A stretch of 64,000 bases of DNA, from assembly GCA_964035545.1 (NCBI GenBank), contig OZ037767.1, positions 17,543,781 through 17,607,780 on the forward strand, written 5' to 3'. A model generated the notes under the pieces. That model saw nothing but the letters and a program-made list of their open reading frames with translations. It was not told where the DNA came from and ran no database searches. Positions 1 through 11,000 of this stretch are shown here, in pieces. Source of the DNA: Bugula neritina. Lineage: Eukaryota; Animalia; Bryozoa. Positions within the stretch are counted from its first letter, which is position 1. Each line of letters opens with the position of its first letter. The position numbers were made by a program, and so were the translations under genes.

Positions 1-3000
1 CAGAAAAATTGTCAGTGGTGAGTCTACATCGGCTATGTCAAGGTCACTTTATCACGTGTGTCTAGTCTTGCTGCTGAGTCTATCTGAATGATATTGTCTG
101 TAGGAGAAGATGGTGGCAGTCACTCTACTCAGTCTATCAAAATGCACCCAGACTTCAGGATGATAGTACTAGCTAATAGGCCGGGATTTCCTTTCCTTGG
201 CAATGATTTCTTCCAAGCTGTTGGTAAGTATAACTCTTCTTACTTACCCTCTGCATGCTGATACTTACACTGTGCGTGTTGATATTTACTCTGTGCATGC
301 TGTCACTTACTCTGTGCATGCTGATACTTACTCTCTGGACTATTCTGCCTGCAGGGGACATCTACAGCTGTCTAGCCCTGGATAACCCTGACATTGAGAG
401 TGAGGTCTCCATGCTCAGGCAGTATGGACGGGGCGTCCCCGAAGCCACCCTCCGTAAGTTAGTCTTAGCCTTTGGAGAGCTGAGAAGTCTGGCTGACCAG
501 GGCATCATCGCCTACCCCTACTCTACCAGGGAGGTCGTCAGCGTGGTCAAACACCTTCAGGTTAGCGCGTGACCTTCTTTTGACCTTCTGCTTAAACTAC
601 TTAGATAGGAGATTATTATTAACTTCTAAAGTAAAGAGCAGGAAGCTAGGATTGACAAGCGATTTAATAATGCCTTTCAGTTGTCTCCATTTGTGTCGTT
701 CTGGGTTGATATTCTGTGTGGTGTAACAGTACCAGTACTAGTCATGTGGTATAACAGTACTAGTCATGTGGCGTGGCAGTAGCAGTACTAGTCATGTGGT
801 ATAACAGTGCTAATACTACATTTCCAGCTGTTTCCCGAGGACGGGCTAGCCACTGTGGTGTCTAACGTGTTTGACTTTGACCAGTACAACTCTGAGATGA
901 AGGAGATGATCGTAGAGACGATGCGTAAACACGGCATTCCTCTGGGGGCTGTCTCTACTAACGTCAACTTAGCTAAGGAGTGAGTGTGTCGCACGCAGCT
1001 GTGGTATTGTGGTACCACACTGTGTGTCATACATAGATGTAGTATTGTGATACACTGTGCGTGTCACGTAGCTGTGGTATTGTAGTACCACGCTGTGATA
1101 TTGTGGTAAACTTTTACTTGTTTTTTTTCTTTTTGGAAAATGATTTTATATTCTATAAAATAGCCTTAAATTGATATTTTTGTTAAATTTCAGTTTTATT
1201 GTTATTTAGGTAAATTTACAAATCTATTTTGCCATGTTATGGTTGTAACTAAAATGTTATGTTTTCAGTTTTTATCTGCAATTTTGTAATGATTTTCCAT
1301 TATATGATTTCAGATATCCATTACCTGCCTTGTCACTTCGTGCTAAATGGAATATGAATAAAATATCTGCAGATACTCCACACAGTCTTGTTGTTGAACA
1401 CAAGTCTCTCAAACTCAAGGTCTGTGCTGACTTCTCCACTTTGCGTTACCATAGTTACCTGCTGTTGTTACTTCTTCTGTGAACATGATGAGAAATTTTC
1501 TTCCTAATAAGAACTAATTTAGAAATCCTCCTTGCTAAAATCAAGCTTGTTTCTTTTATTTAGCAATTAGCATGGCTATGTGCAGCAGGTGAAGTGATAG
1601 GGTGTGCCATGCTCATTGTAGTCTTGTATTGCAGTCCTTTATAAATAGTAGTCTTATATTGAATAGTAGAATTGAGTACAGTCATTCACAAGTTGAAGCT
1701 TGAAACTTAAATAGGAGGAGCTTACAATATGCAATAAGTAGGAGGAGCTTACAATATACAATAAGTAGGAGGAGCTTACACTATGCAATAAGTAGGAGGA
1801 GCTTACAATATGCAATAAGTAGGAGGACCTTACAATACCCAATAAGTAGGAGGAGCTTACAATATGCAATAAGTAGGAGGAGCTTACAATACCCAATAAG
1901 TAGGAGGAGCTTACAATACCCAATAAGTAGGAGGAGCTTACAATACCCAATAAGTAGGAGGAGCTTACAATACCCAATAAGTAGGAGGAGCTTACAATAC
2001 CCAATAAGTAGGAGGAGCTTACAATACCCAATAAGTAGGAGGAGCTTACAATATACAATAAGTAGGAGGAGCTTACAATACCCAATAAGTAGGAGGAGCT
2101 TACAATACCCAATAAGTAGGAGGAGCTTACAATACCCAATAAGTAGGAGGAGCTTACAATGTCCACATATTATGACAGCTGTTTATTGAAAGTTTTAGTG
2201 ATATGGTGCTGTCAAAGTCCTATGCTGCCTTAGAGCCAAATGTTTCACATCTGCATGTCACCTATTCTTACCTGATATTCTATTCTGTCTATCAGACAGA
2301 TTTATGTACAATCTATATGTGATATGGAGATGTTAGCTATAGATTCTGTTACAAGTATGTGTGTTGTTCATGCAGGGCCCTGTTCAGATGCCCCTTAGAA
2401 ACCACACAGTGGATAGACACTCTGCTAGAAGCACTCATTTCACGGAACTAGAGAGTATGTGGACTTTACCTCTAATACACGAGAGTTCTCACATCTGTGA
2501 TGTCACCACCTCACTAGGTATATGCCCACCCCAACCCTTTAAATCTTTTATATTTCTTTTGTCAAGTCATAACATCATCTCTTTTAACTGACCATGAATA
2601 TGATTGGTCTAATCTCAGATGCCAATGGTGAAGCTGACTTGATCCACTTTGCCGGAGTAAACTCGGTCTGTCTGTACACAATGAAGAGCGGCAGCAGAGA
2701 TGTCACCTGGATTGACCTCTACGACCTCTTTCCCACCAGCAGACATCGGTACCAGCCGAGTGTTCGAGTTGCGAGTCTCGGCAGCTCTCTGCCTTCCTGT
2801 CTACTCATGCACGAACAAGTGGTTAGTATCCTAGTACTGTTGGTATTACATCTCCACACCAACTATCCTAGTGCTGTTGGTATTACATCTCCACACTAAA
2901 TCTCCTAGTACTGTTGGTATTACATCTGCACACTAACTATCCTAGTACTGCTGGTATTACATCTCCACACTAACTATCCTAGTACTGCTGGTATTACATC

Positions 3001-6000
3001 TCCACACTAACTATCCTAGTACTGCTGGTATTACATCTCCACACTAACTATCCTAGTACTGCTGGTATTACATCTCCACACTAACTATCCTAGTACTGTT
3101 GGTATTACATCTCCACACTAACTATCCTAGTACTGTTGGTATGTTATACATTTAGGCTAATATCCTACTGCTGATAGACTCAGAGACTGGGAGTGTGAGT
3201 AGAATAGAGGTGGGGGGTCTCCTTGACTCTGTCGCAGATGTCTTTACCAGAAAGAACTGGAGAACTAAGAAACCGTCATACAGAATGTGTGCCGACCTAC
3301 AGCACGAGCCTCAACCTCTAGTGACATTGTATGAGATAGGCAGGTAGGTGGGTGGTCCAGTTGGTGGCCTGGCTAGTGGTCTAGTTGGTAGATACTTCTG
3401 TGTGTTATCATTGTGATTAGTAAAGTAATTCCAGTCATCAACTCCGTAAAGCATGACTCACTGATTGTTCATCTTTTCATGCAGCAACCTTATGACAGTT
3501 GTCAACGTACTTGAGGGCACCTGTTTGGAAGTTCATCTGCCTGTTGATGTCACACATGTCACTATGCCATCTCCTGCTCATTGGCTGGTTGAAGACAAGA
3601 ATAACAGGTGATGTGTACTCTGTAGTAACATATACTCTGTAGTAATATTTACAATATAGTAATATCGTATATATAGTAATATATAGTAATATATACTATA
3701 TAGTAATATATACTATGTAGTAATATATACTATATAGTAATATATATTATGTAGTAATATATAATATGTAGTAATATATACTATGTAGTAATATATACTA
3801 TATAGTATATATTACTATATAGTAATATATACTATGTAGTAACATATATAGTAACATATAATATGTAGTGATGTAGTAATATATATGCAGGTTCTACATG
3901 GTTGAGCAGCAGAGAGACCGTTACTCAATACAGGAAGTGGAGAGTTCAGCAATGACATCACCAGTAGTGGGCGTGTCCTCGGTCCCGCTCCATAAGTCAG
4001 TCATACAGACAGTCACAGGCGAATCTATACAATCTCCTAACAGACTGCTTGCCTCTACCAGTAACTATGCAGACTTAGCCATAGGCTTCCCTGAGCTGTC
4101 GGTAGGCTCTTCTAGTGCCCTCCTTACACTCGTGTACACTAAGTTCCACAACATATAACTCTGGTTTGTTGTAATCAAGTTGTGTGTTGAAATTTTATTC
4201 TGGCATCCAAAAAATTTCAACTTGTTTTATTTGTGTTATATTTATGTGACACCAATACAGCTGTACCCATATAACACTGTGCCTATCAGAATATAAGCTG
4301 TACCCATATAACACTGTTTCTATCATAATATAAGCTGTACCCATATAACACCATAACTGTCATGCCTGCAGGATGTAGATGTTTATTCTTCCCCTCGTGA
4401 TGCCGAGAATCACAAGGATTTACCTTCAAATGGACCATACATGGTCTTAGTTCCTAACACTGCTCAGATTGTACGCTCCTTGCCTGGACATGTCCCACCG
4501 AAACTGCTCTCAGAAGGTACTGGCTATTTCTGCTATGTTATCACTGCTGTATCATTATGAGTCATGCGTACAATATATACTGTTGAGTCATACATACACT
4601 GTTGAGTCATACTTACAGACGGAGCTATGCATGAGAAAAATGTCAGTGGGTATCTGGAGATAACAGATTTGGTGAGACAGAAGCTTCGATATCTCAAAGT
4701 TCCTGGGTATGAATAAATATAGCCAATCAGTATCTATCTTACACAAATGTAGCCAATCAGCATTCAGTTTATATAAATGTAGCCAATCACCATCTAGTCT
4801 ATATTAATGTAGATGTTATATTGTCCCTCAGGACTGGCCCCTCTCCATACTCAATGTGGAACACGTCTGCTTCTGGTCCCATGATCTCTCGTCTCTCTAA
4901 TGATGGCATTGTGAGTGTAGACTCTAGAGGTCGAGTACAGGTCTGGGAGACATCACAGGCTCTGCTAGATTCCTCATTGCAAGGCTGGACAAAGCTGATT
5001 GGTCAAGATGATCACGATTTGCAGGTAGCTCATTGGTTAGTGGATATCTTCAGCGATCTGTATCTAGTAATGTGTTTTATTATGTTTCATTGTATAGCCC
5101 GAGGTCTATGCATTCCCTCTTGCCTTAGCCTTAGCTGCCTAGCATAGCCTTAGGAATACGTGTAGGTACACTGTCACGGGCCATGTGTATTGTAGATTAC
5201 TTACGAGCGAGACGGGGTAAAGGAATGTGACGCTCCTAAACACGGCAAAGTGGACCCAACAGGAAGTCCTCACGTCGGAGGAAACACTTGGGCCGGCGGC
5301 TCTGGTGAGTCATCATGAAACTGTAGTGTGAAATACAGACGTGTGTCGGAGTAAGTTCATTAACTTGTCTGCTCTCTGTTGCAGGAGGAAGAGATACAGC
5401 TGGTCTCGGAGGAGTGGGCGGTCCTTACAGATTAGACGGCGGTCACGACGTGCACCAAGTCAGTCAACAGGTTAAAGATCAGGTGCCCGAACATGTGAGT
5501 GTCTGTCTGTGTGTTTGTCTGTGTGTTTGTCTGTCTGTACGTTGTAGCAGTAAGTATACTGCATGTACGTTAGAAGTAAGTATGAGTGTATGTCAGAAGT
5601 AAGTACACTGTGTGTATGTCACAGATAAGACAAGCTGCCAGAGAAATGGGAGAGAAGGCCTTCAGGGAGAGACTCAAACAGATTCAAATGTCAGAGTTTG
5701 ACGCGGAAATTTACGACTCATTCTACTCGCAAGTTAAACGGCACATTCAGAGTATGAGGGTGGTGCTGGACTCGCTACAAGCCAAAGGTAGTAATATTAT
5801 GGTAATATTATAGTAATATAGTAATAATATAATAATATAGTAATAATATATTAGTAATATAGTAGTAATATAGTAATAGGGAGCAGCCGTGGTTTAGGGG
5901 TTAAAGTGTTGACATAGTGAACACGAAGTCATGGGTTCGAGCCCTGACAAAGGCTATTGGTGATGTTAGGAAGAGCATCCAGTCATAATTGCTCCTGTTC

Positions 6001-7724
6001 CATATCTGAATAATGTAAGTCCTTAGCCCGATTTAACAAAAACTCCTTTTTATCAGGGGTTTCTCACAAGAATGGTGACTATAAATTTGTGTGAGTAGTA
6101 ACATTTATTATAATAATATAGTAGTAATATAGTGGTAATATAGTAACATAATAGTAATATAGTAGTGGTATTGTGGTCTTGTAGGAAAGGAGAGGCAGTG
6201 GCTGAAGAATCAGACTCACGGAGATCTGGATGACGGGAGAATCATCGAGGGTCTGACGGGGGAGAAGACAATTTACAGACGGAGGGGAGAGAAGGAGCCG
6301 GAACCTGGATCTCCTCAGCAGAAACCCAAACGGTGAGTGCGTCATGTATATTACTATAGCATATATACGTATATACTGTAATATATTACTATAGCATATA
6401 TACGTATATACTGTAATATATTATTATAGCATATATACGTATATACTGTAATATATTACTATAGCATATATACGTGTATACTGTAAAATATTACTATAGC
6501 ATATATACGTATATACTGTAATATATTACTATAGCATATATACGTATATACTGTAATATATTACTATAGCATATATACGTATATACTGTAATATATTACT
6601 ATAGCATATATACGTATATACTGTAATACATTACTATAGCATATATACGTATATACTGTAATATATTACTATAGCATATATACGTATATACTGTAATACA
6701 TTACTATAGCATATATATACCATATTATATTACTGTGATCATATATGTACTATATAATATATTATGCTATCATATACATAATATACTACAGACTGAGGCT
6801 ACTAGTGGATGTCTCAGGCTCCATGTACAGATTCAATGGACACGACTACCGGCTACAACGCGAGATGGAGGCCGTCTGCATGGTTCTGGAGGCTTTTCAA
6901 GGATACGAGGAGAAGTTGAAGGTGACTCTTCTTTTGTAGATCAGTTTTCATAGACAGAATCAGTTGTCTTCTCCTGAATAAATACTGTAACATATTTTAT
7001 TGTATAGTTTGATGTTTAGTTGTGTTCTCCTGTACAGTTTGATGTGTAGTTGTGTTCTCCTGTACAGTTTGATGTGTAGTTGTGTTCTCCTGTACAGTTT
7101 GATGTCTACGGACACTCTGGTGAAGATTTCAACATCAAGCTGACGTCTGCAGAAGAACCTCCGAAGAACAACAAACAGAGACTTCAGGTTCTACAGACCA
7201 TGCACGCCCACTCACAGTTCTGTCTCAGCGGCGACTTTACTCTCCGGGCAACTAGACACGCTATTGAAGAGGTACACTAGTAGTATAATATATTAGCTAG
7301 GAATAATATTGTAGAGGTACACTAGTAGTATAATATATTAGCTAGGAATAGTATTGAAGAGGTACACTAGTAATATATTAGCTAGGCATGCTATGGAAGA
7401 GGTACACTAGTAGTATATTAGCTAGGCATGCTATTGAAGAGGTACACACCGTTGTAGATCAGTAAAGAGGAAGCGGATGAACACTTTGTTATTGTACTCA
7501 GTGATGCTAACCTTGACCGATACGGGATTAGCCCGAGCTCCTTTGCCGAAGCTTTGAGTTCCAAAGAGAACGTGAATGCGTATGCCATATTCATAGGGTC
7601 ACTGGGAGACCAGGCCGACCGGCTAGTCAAGCAGCTGCCCAGCGGTCACAGCTTCGCCTGTCTCGACACGGCTAAACTGCCGCACATCCTGCAGCAAATA
7701 TTCACCTCCACTTTTCTCAAGTGA
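1..7724 (+). CDS. VWA8: von Willebrand factor A domain-containing protein 8 (AAA+ ATPase with C-terminal VWA domain), 5'-truncated, ~20 exons in window
   Basis: Spliced exons give HPDFRMIVLANRPGFPFLGNDFF, GIIAYPYSTREVV, PKHGKVDPTGSPHVGGNTWAGG.GGRDTAGLGGVGGPYRLD, RLLVDVSGSMYRFNG (VWA MIDAS), VIVLSDANLDRYGI and IFIGSLGDQA. Stop TGA at 7722-7724, AATAAA at 7890. Confidence 0.93.
241..335. repeat. 21-bp intronic tandem repeat, ~4-5 degenerate copies
   Basis: Unit ~GATACTTACTCTGTGCATGCT. Confidence 0.7.
1708..2160. repeat. 27-bp minisatellite, ~17 copies (VWA8 intron)
   Basis: Unit CTTACAATACCCAATAAGTAGGAGGAG. Confidence 0.95.
2827..3141. repeat. ~36-bp minisatellite filling a VWA8 intron
   Basis: Unit TATCCTAGTACTG(C/T)TGGTATTACATCTCCACACTAAC, which contains a CTAAC branch-like motif. 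Confidence 0.95.
3620..3888. repeat. 17-bp degenerate AT-rich minisatellite
   Basis: Unit ~TAGTAATATATACTAT(A/G). Confidence 0.8.
5879..6096 (+). mobile_element. tRNA-derived SINE, copy 1, in a VWA8 intron
   Basis: Pol III A box TGGTTTAGGGG and B box GGTTCGAGCCC. The ~215-bp body recurs inverted at 21741-21950. It interrupts an AGTAATAT low-complexity tract. Confidence 0.8.
6348..6735. repeat. 35-bp self-complementary minisatellite, ~11 copies
   Basis: Unit ATATTACTATAGCATATATACGTATATACTGTAAT. Confidence 0.95.
7001..7105 (+). repeat. 30-bp tandem repeat of splice acceptor plus exon start (4 AG|TTTGATGT sites)
   Basis: AG ends at 7007, 7037, 7067 and 7097. The real exon starts at 7098. Confidence 0.9.
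7260..7447 (+). repeat. 40-45-bp tandem repeat of exon end plus splice donor (5 AGAG|GTACAC sites)
   Basis: GT at 7272, 7317, 7362, 7402 and 7442. Confidence 0.9.
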
Positions 7725-8040
7725 CGGTTTTTATGCATGTACTAAATCTAGGTTGTTAGGAAAATGTGTTTGTAGGTTTAATAGATTTTATTTTTGTTAC
7801 TTTTCATTGTTGATATCCCCAGCTCTATTGACTACTAGCGTGTGCTATACTCTATACAAACTGTTCTCTACTCAACACTCTGTGTAAACAATAAAATACT
7901 ATAGATACTTGGTGAGCTATTTCTTTTAATTTTGGTCAGTTTTTATTATACTACGGCGACTACTAGTTGTATTACAGTCACTGTAGGTGATATTACAGTA
8001 GCTATTAGTCATATTACAGTCACTGTAGGTGATACTACAG

Positions 8041-11000
8041 TCAGTGACGACTAACTACTCGGCACTTGACTCCATTCAGAGGATGTAATGTTCCGGTTTG
8101 TCCCATCTGGAAGGTCTCTGACTCATCTAGTATCAGATTATAATGTTGAGCAAACTTTGCCAGCATCACCTTCATCTCCATCTGCAACACAGTATTTATC
8201 TGCAACACAGTATTTATCTGCAACACAATATCTGTCTGCAATACAACATCTATCTGCAACACAGTATCTGTCTGCAACACAGTATCCGTCTGCAACACAG
8301 TATCTGTCTGCAACACAGTATCTGTCTGCAACACAGTATCTGTCTGCAACACAGTATCCGTCTGCAACACAGTATCTGTCTGCAACACAGTATCTGTCTG
8401 CAACACAATATCTGTCTGTAACACACAATGCGACAGTTCATCAAATTTAACAGTGTAACATAATATCCAGTGTAACACCATTTTTAATACCAGATATAAG
8501 AGCCGAACTAATACCAGGTCTAGTACTAGATGTAACAGCATCAATAGCAAAGTAATATAAGCATCCATCATATGTGTCTAGCTACTCCATCTTACTTTAC
8601 ATAATGTATACATCTACTAGGGAGTTTAGCTCTCCTGTCATTGTTCACTCACTGGTCTATAAATAAAGAGCTATTAGAGTAGCGGATACCTGAGCAAACA
8701 CCTGGCCCACACAGTTTCTGGCTCCGAGAGAGAACGACAAGAAGGAGTAAACAGGCACTCTGCAAGAGAAACACAGAGAGTATAACCTCAGCATCTAGTA
8801 GCAATATGTTTGCTGATTCACCATACGGCAGCAAACACATGAGACTGACTGCCATAGTGGTTATTATGTAACATTGTTACTAAAAAATTCATCTGAGATA
8901 CAATTTAGCAGCTTTTGCTGTGAGATTAAGCATTTCCTGAGAGGTTTCTGTAAGCATATAGTTCTGTACCTTTGATCGTTCTGAGGGTTAAATCTGTCCG
9001 GGTTAAAAACTTCCGCGTCTTCTATAAATTTCTTATCATTATTAGCTCCAAGGATGTGTAACTGAAATATAACATAGTTGGTTTTGTAATCAGTATAAGA
9101 CTAGTTTGGTTCTACTGATGAGTTGAGGTCTGAGAAACACAGCAAATGTTAGCAATGCTTTAGACACCGTATGGTTAGGACAGTGTTGACAGTAACATCT
9201 ATCAAGTATGGTACACAACACACAGATCAGTCATCAGATCTCACCGGAGAATGGACCGGGTACTCACCACGATGTTGCTGTCAGCTGGGAGACGAATGCC
9301 GTCTACTGTGGTTTCTTTAGTACAGTTTCTCACAATGCCGGGAGCTATAGCGTACTTCCTCAGTGATTCCTTTATCAACATCGTTGTGAACTTCAACTTG
9401 GAAATGTCTTCATTTGAAACGAATGCTTTTTGACCGATTGCATCATCAACTTCAGCTGTTAGTCTACAATGACAATGGCGTGATAATAATTGATACACAT
9501 AACTTTGACATTCTAGTGTTGTGCTTTATTTCTGGTGTTGAATTTGTTTTGATATGGCAAATAGGTTGCTAATTTTGAAAATCAAAAACTAGAAAAAGAC
9601 ACTTATAACTGAGGAATTCTTATTAGATAAGATGTCGTTTATCATTATCAAATAAGAACGCACTTTGCTATAAGTACTAATAACAACCAACCAACCAACC
9701 TTCCGTACAGGTCAGGTCGTCGGCCGAGTTCCATGAAAATAAAAGCCAGAGTGTTTGCGGAGGTCTCCATGCCCGCCACAATCATTGTGATAAACTCATC
9801 AACTAACGTTTCAAAGTCGTATCCATTGGAAGGATCCACTGAAATAAGGAATGGGCACAACTTCTATAGAGGTAATATTGAAAGTTCTGTAGATGAATAG
9901 ATTTATACTTAGCATGTAATATTGAAAGTTTTATAGACTGGTAGATCTACGCTTAGCTCAAACGACACCTACAATGTGCCTTCACAATTGTAGTCAAGAA
10001 GTCATTAGGCACATCCTCATTATTGCAAATGGCCGACTTCCGTGCTTTGATAATTTGGGCTCCTCGATCCCGAAAAGATGTTATTGTATTCCGCACATTT
10101 TTTCGGTGATTGGAAAAGAGTGGGTTGTACTACAAATACATTTGCATGCTAAAGTTATATAAACATTGTAATTATCCTTTTAAGATTTCGCTCCCAAAAA
10201 CACAACTTTTTTATGTATTTCTCAACCATTTAGATTATTTGGAAGCTACGTAGATGTAATTAGTTTACAGAGAATGACCCTAAAACATAAGGCACTTGAT
10301 AACATCACTCAGGTCTTGACATTCCAAAGATTACTTTGATCCAATTCTCTTGTACAGCTGCCAAACCCCAAAGCTGCTGATGTTTTTGTGGTCACTTTTA
10401 GTTTTATGTTCAAGTTAAACTGCTCTCTGCGAAAAAGTGAGTTTTCCACCATTCACCATGGTAGACCAAGTCAAACTGTCAAGTGCATGTAGATAGGTGA
10501 TAGGCAGCCTATTACTGCTTACTCAGCTTGTAGCAAAATTATATATTGATAAAGACAGAGTCTGCAGCACCAAAGATCAATTTCTGCAACTCTTTACTCC
10601 ACAATACACCACGAGTACCATCTACTTTTAAGTGTGCAATGTTATAGAGGCAGAAAAAGGGGATACGAGTTTGCATGAACTTATGATTGTGGTTTCCTTT
10701 GGTGCAACTGTTTCCAAACATCTAATTAAAAATATATTTACATAATGTGACGCTTGGAAACGTAGTGACAATCTACAACTCCATGTTTTTAGAAACTAGC
10801 TTTTGTAGTACCAACCATTTACACTAAGGAAAGTCACACTCTATATTTATACAATACAATTAGGTCTGGCCAGTTGGTAACTTACTATAAATTAACTTAC
10901 CTCAGCAGTAGGAATGAAAACCAGTTGCATAGCAACAAAGAACTCATTGATAAAGTGGACAGAAGCTTTGTGGAACTCAGAATCTAGATCTGACGTGTCA

